DNA of 64,000 nt from Heterodontus francisci (taxonomy: Eukaryota), in contig NC_090416.1 of assembly GCF_036365525.1 (NCBI RefSeq), positions 16,712,945 to 16,776,944 on the forward strand, given 5' to 3'. A model generated the notes under the pieces. The model saw only the letters and a program-made list of their open reading frames with translations, ran no database searches and was not told the DNA's origin. The position numbers and the translations under genes were made by a program. Below are positions 1-10,019 of this stretch, piece after piece (within the stretch, counting starts at the first letter, position 1; each line of letters opens with the position of its first letter).

Positions 1-1195
1 TTGACAGTTTGGAATGACAGGAAGCAAGGAAAAGGAGGTGGTGTAGTTCAGTTAATAAAGGATGAGATCAGTACAGTGGTGAGAAATGATCTTGTATCAG
101 AAAATCAAGATGTGGAATCAGTTTGGGTGGAGATATGAAATAGCAAAAATTCATACTGGAGCTGCACTGTGGAACAGAGTATAAATCAAGAAATAAGGGG
201 GGCTTGTAAGGAAAATACTGCAGTAATCCTGGGTGATTTTAATCTTCATATAGATTGGAGTAATCAAACTGGTAAAGTTAGATCGAGGATGAGTTCATGG
301 AGTGTACTCAGGACAGTTTCTTAGAACAATACATTCTGGAACCAATCCGGGAGCAGGATATTTTAGACCTGGTAATGAGTAAGGAGACGGAATTAATTAA
401 TGACCTCTCAGTAAAGGAAGAATAGAAAAGTAGAATATTATTTACATGGAGAGAGACTGCAGAATGCTGCAGTACAGAGGGATCTGGGTGTCCTTGTACA
501 TGGATCACAAAATGTTAACATGCAGGTTCAGCAAGTAATTAGGAAGAGAAATTGAATGTTGGTATTTATTGCAATGGGGATGGAGTATAAAAGTAGGGAC
601 ATCTTGCTACAACTGTTCCGGGTATTGGTGAGACCGCACCTAGAATACTGCATACAGTTTTGGTCTCCTTATTTAAGGAGGGATATACTTGCATTGGAAG
701 CAAGGTTCACTTGGCTGATTCCTGGGATGAAGGGATTGTCTTGTGAGGAAAGGTTGAGAAGGTTGGGCCTGTACTCATTGGAGTTTAGAAGAATGAGAGG
801 TGATCTTATTGAAAAGTGTAACGTTCTGAAGGGGTTTGACGGGGTAGATACTGAGAGGATGTTTCCCCTCGTGGGGGAATCTAGAACTAGGGGGAACAGT
901 TACAGAATACGGGGTCTCCCATTTAAGACGGAGATGAGGAGGAATTTCTTCTCTGAGGGTCATTAATCTTTGGAATTCTCTTCCCCAGGGAGCAGTGGAG
1001 GCTGGGTCATTGAATATATTCAAGGCTGAGTTGGAGAGTTTTTTGATCTCCAAGGGAGTTGAGGGTTATGGTGGGGGGCAGACAGGAAAGTGGAGATAAG
1101 GTCACAATCAGATCATCCATGATCTTATCGAATGGCAGAACAGGCTCGAGGGGCCGAACGGCCTTCTCCTGTTCTTATTTCTTATGCTTTTATGT
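1..1195 (+). mobile_element. Decayed CR1-clade LINE fragment with a large internal deletion (endonuclease piece joined to RT C-terminus and 3' tail); copies at ~15583-16805, ~32476-33697, ~48874-50072
   Basis: GDFNL..IDW and ILDLV endonuclease motifs in 1-420; LVRPHLEYCIQFWSPY and RRMRGDLIE RT C-terminal motifs in 556-966; GGGCCGAA..GGCC hairpin and TTCTTAT-type tail. Confidence 0.88.
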
Positions 1196-2495
1196 TGAAG
1201 ATATCGTACCTGCTGTATTCAATAGCTGTCCAGCTCTTTAAAGCCCAAAGTGGCCGTAACTGTTCCTATCTGTGCAGAGAGCCCTTGGCAGTAATATAAT
1301 ATAATGAAAATGGCCTGGCTGAAACTCCCCGGGTCTGGATATCTCAGTACAGATCGGGGAAGGGGTGGTGGGAGTGCTGGAATCTGGGCCTTCCCAGCAA
1401 GTGTCCTGTAAGGGAACTGAATGACCTCAACGAAGGAACGAGTTCACAGAGGGAGATGAGGCTGATGTGATTGCAGTGTGTGCGAACAAGAGGAGGCCAT
1501 TCAGCCCTTCGAGACTGCTGTACCATTCCATTAGATCATAGCTGGTCTGTACCTTCACCCCATATACCCTGCCTTAGCTCCATAGTCCTAGCTGCCCTTA
1601 CCCAATAAAAATCTATCAACCACAATCTTTGTAACTCCAATTTTTAATGAAGTGCATTTCTATAGCGTCTTTCACAACCTCAGGATGTTCCCAAAGTGCT
1701 TCGCAGCCAATGAAATACCTTGAAAAGCAATGTTGGGAAATGAAGACTGGGATGTAGAGCAGGAGGAGTTCAGTTCAGTTCTCCTGAGGGGCCCAGTCCA
1801 GATAATGGGTTGTTTTGTTATAAATGTGTGACGTGTCCAAGAATGTAACCGTTTAACGGTGTTTCTCGGATTTCCGTCCTGTTTCTGTGTGTTTCAGAGC
1901 AGGGGAACTGGGCCCAGATGCTGCTGCTCTCTGCTGCTTATCAGACAGTGAGCAGGGAGGTTTCGGTTCCTCCCCGGGGCTCCTCTCCCACCCCCTGCAG
2001 CGAGTGACCACACCACCTGCACCACATCACAAACAAGACAAAAACAGCATCGATTTGGGTATCAGGATCTAAAATAAGGCTTTCAGAACACCGCCCAGGT
2101 CCCCTGTGGTTGATGACGAGGGCCTGATCAGGGCTGCATTCAGTGCCATTCTCAGACCCAGTCTGGAACCTGGCTGTTCGGCCATGTGAATCATCAACAT
2201 TGTGGATTTAACTGGACTGATAAACGTTTGATGGCCTTTAAGATACTCCTTAAAACCTACCACTTTGACCGAGCTTTTGGTCACCTGCTCTAATATCTCC
2301 GAATGTGGCTCAGCATTAAACTTTGTTTGCTGACGCCCCTTGCGACGTTTTATTACATTAAAGGCGCCATATAAATGCAGATTGGTGGTTGTTTGCAGAT
2401 GACAATTCGTTGAAGACCTTAATAACTAACCGACTGCAGGCCATGAAGTACATCAACTAAAGCCACAATTAAAACTCAAGGCTTCTGATGTAAGT

Positions 2496-2812
2496 ACAGT
2501 ACTGAAGGAATACCGCACTGCCGGAGGGGCTATCTGTCACTTGGAATCTGCCCTCTGTTAAAGATACTGCAACCCCTATTTAGAAAAAGAGTTGGGGAGT
2601 TCTCCCCCACCCCCGTGTCTTGGCTGATATTTATCCTTCAATCAATATCACAAAAAAATCACCTGGGTCATTATCTCATTGTTATGTGTGTGGGATCATG
2701 CTGTGCACAAATTGGCTGCTGTGTTTCCTACATTGCAACAGTTGACTAGACTTCAAAAAAAATACTTGGTTGGCTGTAAAGCGCTGTGCGACATTCTGAA
2801 GCTGTGAAAGGA
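2496..2812 (+). mobile_element. 5'-truncated Deu-domain (SacSINE1-like) SINE; present in each unit
   Basis: Colinear similarity to the element at 10287-10790 (agtactga..gcactg..ggagg; gggagttctcccc; ggtcattatc..attg; aaattggctg..tttcctacatt; ttggctgtaaagcgct); family assignment from recall. Confidence 0.65.
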
Positions 2813-3189
2813 GGCTCACTATCACCTTCTCAGGGGGACAACTAGTGATGGACAATAAATGGCTTCTCTTACCAGAGATGCCCACATCTCGAGAATGAAG
2901 AAGTGCAGGTTCTGTCTCTCTGGACGCTGTGATGTCCCCTTGTAAAACATACTGAAACTAAATAGTTCTAAAAACATCTGCATAAATACAGCATCCTCAG
3001 ACTCGAGATGAGGATTAAACCTGCATTTAATACCTCTTTAAGTGCGTGGCCCCTTTAAGGTGTGCTGAGGGACTGGGCTTTTCCAGCACTCTCTGTTCAT
3101 TTACTCTTTGAGGTGATGCAACCGATACCCTCTCCACAGCCGGAGGCTCAGTTAACAGCCATTCCCTCTTATGGCCCCTGGTTCTGCTC

Positions 3190-3785
3190 TCACCCGCAAG
3201 TGGAAACGTCTAGCCTTATCGAGTCCTTTCATAACCTTAAAGGGCTCCATCAGGTCCTACCCTCCACCCCCCCCCCCCCCCTCTCAGTCTTCTCTTTTCA
3301 ACCTATCCTGGTAGCCTATCTCAGTACTGGTACCATCCCAGCACATCTTTTCTTGCACCTTCTCCAGTGTCATTTTATAACATGGAGACGGGACAGTGCA
3401 CAGTAATTCCAAGTGTGGTCTAACTGAGGTTCCCTACAAGTTTGACTTAATGTATCTGCTTCTCAATTCTATCCCTCGAGAAATTAACCCCGGTGTTTGG
3501 ATTGCTTTTTATATGGCCTTATTCAGCAGCATTGCTGCAGTTACTCTATAACCCTCGATCCACAACCCTATTTAGACTCTTTCTTCCCCACCTCCCCCTC
3601 CCTCCAGGACTAGGTGACCTCATTCATCCTCCCAAAAAGTAGCACCTCACACTTATCCATACTGACCTTCATTTGCCAATTACACACCCATTCTGCATGT
3701 CACTTCATGTCCTGTCATTTGTGATGGACCTAATATTAACTGCAGCCTCCCCCAATTTGGAGTCATCAGCAAACTCTCAAATTGT
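3190..3785 (-). mobile_element. Decayed CR1 RT fragment, minus strand; present in each unit
   Basis: Minus strand near 3750-3776 reads FADDSKLG (RT catalytic motif); downstream remnants resemble the RT C-terminus. Confidence 0.7.
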
Positions 3786-3949
3786 ACCTGGTGCTAGTCT
3801 GTCCCGTGCCATCCCATCTCTCGGACCAGGATAGTGAGCAGTTCTCCCTGGGAGGGACGGTATTTTATTCCAAACAGATGCTTTTCCTGTAAATCACATA
3901 CAATGATGGTCTAGTATGGGAGAAACTACACTTTAGGATGGGAGGGTTG

Positions 3950-4432
3950 TTGAGAGTGTGCAGAGGAGGTTTACCGGAATGGTTCCAGGGATGGGGGAAT
4001 TCTAGTTATAAGGTCAGCCTGGAGAAGCTGGGATTGTTTTCCTTGGAGCGAAGGAGATTGCAGGGAGATTTAATAGAGGTGGACAAGATGATGACAGATC
4101 TGGATAGAGTAGACAAGGAAAAACAGTTCCCATTAACTGATGGTACAAGGGCTAGGGGACACAGATTGAAAGTTTTGGGCAAGAGATACAGGGGGGGCAG
4201 GCGGGGGGGATGTGAGGAAGAATTTATTTATTTTTAAATGCAGTGAGTGACAATGACCTGGAACTCACTGCCTACCAGAGTGGTGGAAGCGGGAGACAAT
4301 GATTTCAGTAAGAAACTGGGGTGGGGGGGACACTTAAATTCGCAGGGGGCCCCGGGGGGATTGGGACTGACTGGATTGCACTACGGGGAGCTGGCACGAA
4401 CCCGAGGGGCCGAATAGCCTCCTTCTGTGCCA
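3950..4432 (+). mobile_element. 5'-truncated CR1 3' end; present in each unit
   Basis: LEKLGLFSLERRRLQGDLIEV..RARGHRLKV C-terminal motif; tail hairpin GGGCCGAATAGCC. Confidence 0.85.
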
Positions 4433-4630
4433 GAAATGAAATCGAATTCGTTTAAAATAGTTAACTCTGCTTGAATATTTTTTTATTAAATCTGCCCAAA
4501 CGAAAAATCCTCAAATCGCCAATATTCGTACAGTTAACCACTGACTTGCACCAATATCCACCTCAACTCACCCCCACCCCCACCCCCTCCCCAGAAAAAA
4601 AATAACAGAGCAATTTGAATTCATGTCATC

Positions 4631-4636
4631 TTTATT
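4631..4636 (-). terminator. Putative polyadenylation signal AATAAA, IgL cluster 1 (others: 20237-20242, 37172-37177, 53532-53537)
   Basis: TTTATT on the + strand ~330 bp past the C stop codon, conserved in all four units. Confidence 0.7.
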
Positions 4637-4965
4637 AAAACAGCCACACACAGAGAGATACACTTTTCAATTCTAACAAATGGTACTGCTGAGAGAAAGG
4701 AGAGAGGGAGCAGAACCCATCCAGCTCCAAATGGGAATGTACTCCCGGGATAGGTGGTCCTGATATTCACTGTCACCCACCTGCGCCCCCCAGTTAAAAT
4801 TGGATCCAAAATTGGATCGTTAAACTGCGATTGAAGTGACTGTTTCAACATCGTTGGCCACATTTGCTACAGTGATTACATTGTAAAACAACAACAACAA
4901 CATTCCACATATTGAATAATATTTCATCAGCAATAAATCAAACTCTAAACCCCAGTTGCCCCCTC

Positions 4966-5294
4966 TCAGTCGGAACAAGCGGTGGAGCTGATGGTTTTGA
5001 GGAGAGGTGAGCTCAGAGAGCCGTGGTCCACACTGCAGGTATAGCTGGAGCCCTTATTCCAGGCAGTGGCGGGGACTCTCAGGTAACTGCTCAGGCTGTA
5101 GGTTTGATCACTGTCCGTGGACACGGTGCCTGTGGTCACCCCGCTGTCTGTCTCTTTATCATCCACTCTCCAGAGAACCCGCACGAAACCCGGCTTAAAG
5201 CGGCTCACCAGGCAGGACAGAGTAGCCCATCCGGAGTCTATTTCTTCCGAGGAAGGAGGGAGCAGGAGAACTGATGGTTTCCGATCCTCACTAC
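4966..5294 (-). CDS. Ig light chain constant exon, cluster 1 (type I / sigma-cart-like)
   Basis: Acceptor ..cacacag|GT; SEDRKPSVLLLPPSSEE..ATLSCLV..W..YSLSSYL..W..YTCSVDH..STACSD-stop; C1-set Cys/Trp motifs and near-terminal Cys for H-L bond. Confidence 0.96.
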
Positions 5295-6297
5295 CTGTGT
5301 GTGAGAGACAGGGTGGAAGAAAGGAATCTCACTGTTAGTATCAATCATTTTTTCTAAAAGGCACATCCAGAATTAGTAACACATACTATAATTTAAAACA
5401 AACATTTAACTTGACTTCAGACTTAGGTAGAGACAGTAAATAATATAACAGCCTGAGTGTTTCCAGCACTCGATTTCAGATTTCCAGCATCTGCAGGATT
5501 TTGCTTTGATTGGATTAAAATTAAATATTTAGTCCAATCTTAACTCCCTGTCAATTGAGAGCTGGACTTGTACATGGATTCGAGACATTCAGATAAATTA
5601 ATTAACTGAATATTAAATTCAACAGACAATATCGAATTGTTTAAAATTCAGGGGCAGATTAAAATCAAAAGTTTAAAAATTGAGGAAGTTTCACATTTCG
5701 GATAGGCTGTACTGGAGGTCTTATGGAGGTGCTCGGAGGATGTATTGGGAGTAACTCAACCTCCCAGATCCACACTCAGAGTTCGGTGATCACCTCACCA
5801 GGAAAAATTCTTTATTTAAATAAAAAAGGTTTTAAAAGTAATAAAGTTCGGGGCGGTTTCCATTTAGAAAGTAGGTTAGACACTTCACATGAAGGAATGA
5901 CAGCCGGAAGGAGGGGGCTGGGAAGGGAGACGGGGGCTGGGGGGTAGTGGGACCGGGTGCATTAGGAACAGACAAGATGGGGGTGCGCAGAATGAGGCCA
6001 TTCGGTCCATCGAGTCCGTGCCGCAGCCTAATCCACCTCCCAACTTTGGGAGTCTTTTTTTGAGGTGGGGGAGGGGGTGCTAGTGTCAAACTCGACCCCC
6101 TTTGAGTGTGAGTAAAATTCCTGTTTGTAAATCTTCCAGCAACACCCGGGGCAGGCTCGCTATTTATACAACAGTGCAGCGAATAGACGGAGAATTCCAC
6201 ACCTGCACACTGCAGACCTGGCCGAACAGACTCGAGGGGCTGAATGGCCTTTCTCCCCTGTTCATTCTGCATTTTTTTTTGCCAATGGAGTTTTTCC

Positions 6298-6445
6298 TCG
6301 GTTCTGAGGAAAGGTCAGAGACCCGAAACTGTTCACCGTTTCTCCCTCTCTCTCCGCAGAGGCTGCCCAGACCTGCTGAGTATTTCCAGCTTCTTCTGTT
6401 TTTTTTATTTCAGATTTCCAGCATCCGCAATTGTTTTGCTGCTAT
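6298..6445 (+). mobile_element. Penelope-like element terminal fragment in J-C intron (shorter piece at ~5452-5508)
   Basis: CTGAGGA..GGTC/GACC..GAAAC followed by cagacctgctgagtatttccagc..atttcagatttccagcatc, a common shark repeat end; family assignment from recall. Confidence 0.55.
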
Positions 6446-6622
6446 TTTAGTGTTTATTTTTCTACCCTCCAGAATCCAAATTCCCAGCACTGAATCAGTG
6501 GACAGAAAAATAAAAATCTGACCCAATTTGTTTTCACCGTTATCAGGGCAGAGGCGATTCTGCAACAATAAATGAATAAATAATTGAAACAATATGAATG
6601 ATAGGATGAGGGAATTACTTAC

Positions 6623-6659
6623 TCCGTAAACTCAGGGCGGTCCCAGGTCCGAAGGTAAA
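6623..6659 (-). CDS. Ig light chain J segment, cluster 1 (FTFGPGTALSLR)
   Basis: FGxG motif; donor A|GTAAGT; abuts 23-RSS heptamer; splice phase matches C exon. Confidence 0.96.
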
Positions 6660-6698
6660 CACAGTGCAGTGTTTTAATGGGACGGGTCACCTAAAACC
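6660..6698 (+). promoter_or_regulatory. 23-bp-spacer RSS of J1
   Basis: CACAGTG (6660-6666) + 23 nt + CCTAAAACC (6690-6698). Confidence 0.93.
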
Positions 6699-7013
6699 CA
6701 GGCTGGGAAGAAAGAGGGGAAAATATTAATAATCTGTCCTTTATTACATTCCCTTTCACATTCTGCCTTTCACAGGGGCCGGAATGCTGAGAGTCTGGAG
6801 AAAGATTTTCACATATCAGTGAGGAAACCCTGAGAATATCGGTGTTTACCTACCCAGCTAATAGTCCAAATATTGGGGAAAATCCAAATAAACCCATGGA
6901 ATTCCAGTGAGATTATCCACAAGTTACATAAGGAATATTTCTGAAACTCATCCCACAGTCTCAGGCAGGAATATTTCAGTAGCTGTTGGAATTCTGAGTG
7001 GTTCTGTTGGTGC

Positions 7014-7041
7014 AGTTTTTGTATTGCCCTGTCTCACTGTG
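7014..7041 (-). promoter_or_regulatory. 12-bp-spacer RSS of V1
   Basis: Minus strand CACAGTG-AGACAGGGCAAT-ACAAAAACT. Confidence 0.96.
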
Positions 7042-7369
7042 TATGTAGCTGCTGAGCCATCCCAGGCAGCACAGTAATAGACGGCGGAGTCTCCCGGTTC
7101 CAAGCTGCCGATGGTCAGAATGTGACTGTTACTGGAGGTGTCTCTGGAAGGTTGAAAACGGTCCGTGAAGCCGGTGCCTCTGGCTATATAATTATCTGGA
7201 TCATGTCTTATCACCCACACCGGAGCCTCCCCGGGTCTCTGTCGGTACCAGTACATGTAGTAACTGCCCACGTTGCCGTTCTGCATCGCACACTTTAACT
7301 CGGAGGTCTCACCGGCGGAGACTGGGTCTGAAATTGGGGTCTGATTGAGGACAGGAACCGCCAGGACAC
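7042..7369 (-). CDS. Ig light chain V exon, cluster 1
   Basis: Acceptor ttgaag|GT; VPVLNQTP..LKC..WYRQRPG..DRF..LTI..DSAVYYCAAW; open frame up to the heptamer. Confidence 0.97.
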
Positions 7370-7534
7370 CTTCAACACAAAACACAAGAGAGAGAAAAAA
7401 AACACATTCAGTTTATTGGAGCAAAAAAACACACTGATAAATAAACAGGCCGGGCTACCAAATCCCTTTGCTTCCTAATCTAATGGTTTACAAATGAATA
7501 ATTGAGTAACGCTCTGTTAACATAAGTGTCTCAC

Positions 7535-7583
7535 CTGTTAAATGGAGTAGCAGGGTCCCCAGGAGATACATTACTGCAGCCAT
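7535..7583 (-). CDS. Leader (signal peptide) exon, cluster 1: MAAVMYLLGTLLLHLT
   Basis: 49-nt exon, hydrophobic core, phase-1 donor G|GTGAG matches V acceptor. Confidence 0.92.
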
Positions 7584-7692
7584 TCCCTCCGGGGGGGGGG
7601 GGAAAAACCCGTGAAGAATTAGAGAGCAGGGTTTTACTGTAACTCCAGAAAGTGGATCCAGTTACAGTGCCGGACAAGGTGAGACCAGTATC

Positions 7693-7716
7693 TATTATAT
7701 GAACCTGTATGCAAAT
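7693..7716 (-). promoter_or_regulatory. V1 promoter: octamer ATTTGCAT (7709-7716) and TATA-like ATATAATA
   Basis: Perfect octamer in light-chain orientation ~125 bp upstream of the ATG. Confidence 0.88.
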
Positions 7717-9104
7717 ACAGGGAGGGTTGAGAGGAGCAGGGGCGGCGGGGGGGCGGGGGGGGGGGGGGGGGGTGGACCAGACCAGATTTTTTTTTATTGA
7801 GCCTCTATTGGTCCCCAATTAAACATTTCCATGTATTTATTTCCACCGAGTTGAGGGTTAATTCACAATAATTTCTGATTTTAACCCCCCCCCTTCTCAT
7901 GTCAAGAGTGTGAGATTTAAAAGAACAACTGTAGAAATTCCACATTTTATCCCAGATGGGCAAAGACAAAAGCCCTTCAGAATCCAGTGCCTTGAATTCA
8001 TCCAGAACAAGTTTAACCCAGCGATCGTTAAGGATTTGTTTTTTTTTAATATTTGGGTCTGCAATGTGTACTTAAACACATATCTTTATATCCAACACGC
8101 TGGTGTTTGCAACAAAGCAGTTCATTGGAAGGATTGGAATGGAAGAGATTGACTGGACTGCTTCTCTCAGCTGCTCTTTTTTCCTATCCGCCACTGTACA
8201 AGTGCACTGCTTGTCCTGGCGTTTGAGCCGAGTGTAGGGTCAAAACACTCGTTTCTCACTCAGGCCGACGTTCAGAAACAGCCAGAATCAACTCCAATAT
8301 CCGTTTTAATTGGTAATGCAACGAGGAGTGAGATTCTGACCGGGCAAGCTGACTGCTCGGCTAGTTTCTGTGTTGTGTCCGGATCCTGTGTTAAGTCCAG
8401 TTTCAATGAAATGTGTTTTCCTGCTGCAACAGTTCCTGCCCTGACTTTTTTTTGTTGCAACTAAACCACATGTATCGGAACCTCAGTCCCAGGAATACAT
8501 TTGTTTTAACATTCCATTTCAGATGTTTTATGTCAATCACTCGATGCCAAGGGAAAACTTGCAACAAGTAGCTGGTGAGAGGAGTTAGTTTCTTTAAAAT
8601 GAATATTTTCTATCTTTATTTTAAATTCACTTCATGGGATATGGGCATCACTTGGCCCTGCCCGCATTTATTGCCCATCCCTCATTGCCGTTGAGAAGGT
8701 GGTGGTGGAGCCGCCTTCTTGAACTGCTGCAGTGCAGTGGTTTTTTACAACAGAACGTCCATTTCTGAGGGCAGTTAAGAGTCAACCACATTGCCGTGGG
8801 TCTGGAGTCACATGTAGGCCAGACGAAGTGAGGACGGCAGATTTCCTTCCCTAAAAGGACATTTGTGAACCAGATGGTTTTTTGTTAATGAACATTCAAT
8901 GGTAGTTTTATGGTCACCATTACTGAGACTAGGTTTCAATTCCAATTTTTAAAAATTAATTAGTTGAATTTAAATTCCATGGTGGGATTTGAACACGTGT
9001 CTCCAGAGCATTATCCTGGGCCTCTGGATTAGTAATATCTAGTGACATTACTACTACGCCACCTTGTGATGGATCAATATTAATTCTAGAAATGTGATAG
9101 GATT

Positions 9105-9440
9105 TGAGCCAGTGAAAGGGGGAAGGTGGGAAGAAGAACAGCAGGGAAGGTCTGTGACAGGGGTGGAGGGCAGGAGAGATTAAATGACAAAAAGGGTTTC
9201 AAGGTGCAAAGCCAAAGGGAGTGGTAATGAAAGATGTGTCTGGACGAGGTGTGAATGACAGGTACTGAACACAAGGTAAAGGAAATAAGAGGTAAACAAG
9301 AGAGATAAAATAACAAATCAGCAAACAAAAAGGGAAACAAAAATGAGGGCAGGGGGGTTACAAACTAAAATTGTAGAATTCAGTGTTGAGTCCGGAAGGC
9401 TGTAGACTGCCCAGTCGAAAGATGAGGTGCTGTTCCTGGA
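9105..9440 (-). mobile_element. Penelope-like element fragment (endonuclease C-terminus and 3' region); present in each unit
   Basis: Minus strand encodes EQHLIFRLGSLQPSGLNTEF, typical of the end of the PLE GIY-YIG domain. Confidence 0.7.
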
Positions 9441-9703
9441 GTTAGTCTCCTAATACTGACATGTTCAGTCAAGTCAGTGTCGACTAGCTGCCTCCTAGAC
9501 AGAGAATTTGACTCCTCCCCAATTAAAAATCCGTTTCTGATTGGTCTCCACAGCAGAAACAGACCCACCTCCCTCCCCTCCCACCAGGCAGATTCTCTGG
9601 GTCATTTTCAACTAAACCTAACCTGCATTACTATAGAGACCTCAGGATGTCCTAAAGACAGACAAATAAACACCTGTTTTGAAGTCTGGTCATTGTAACA
9701 TCA

Positions 9704-9866
9704 TAACCCAATGCACAATGGAAATAAATATTTGGAAATGATCAATCAGGGACAATTATATTTTTAATAAAGTGTTTTCCCCTGCTCCCCTTGACCCCCT
9801 CCCTGTATTTGCATATTGACTAATACATAGATACTTGTATTCTCCGGGTTCCCGGAGTTACAGTAA
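9704..9866 (+). promoter_or_regulatory. Inverted orphan paralog of the V promoter with perfect octamer (9807-9814)
   Basis: Block homology to the reverse complement of 7634-7860, including identical CCCTCCCTGTATTTGCATA. Confidence 0.8.
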
Positions 9867-9950
9867 TCTTGTTGAAGTGAAAGCACAATTGCTAAATGTG
9901 TGAGAAGCTGAACTCAGCTTTGCTCGTGTAGTTGAATAGAGGGTGCACAT

Positions 9951-10019
9951 ATGTAGTTAAATGGAGTCATCCACGTATGTAGTTAAATGGAGTCATCCAC
10001 GTATGTAGTTAAATGGAGT
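9951..10019 (+). repeat. 26-bp tandem repeat ATGTAGTTAAATGGAGTCATCCACGT (~2.6 units; ~3.6 in unit 2, ~1.6 in units 3 and 4)
   Basis: Read directly from the sequence. Confidence 0.9.

Noticed and set aside
4621-4863. Small ORFs conserved in all four units (this one, 8272-8460, 9983-10237 and others)
   Set aside because: Conservation is explained by recent duplication; no recognisable domains; this one lies in the Ig 3'UTR
6875-6886. NF-kB-like GGGAAAATCC between V and J
   Set aside because: Imperfect match, and it would be deleted on V-J joining; not supportable from sequence
6660-7041. Germline-joined VJ or a D segment
   Set aside because: All four clusters keep both RSSs and the intervening DNA; I saw no additional RSS pair between V and J
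6948-7385. ORF-track boundaries for V (MFCVEG.. start, read-through past the RSS)
   Set aside because: The start lies in the intron pyrimidine tract and the tail runs through the RSS; the true exon is 7042-7369
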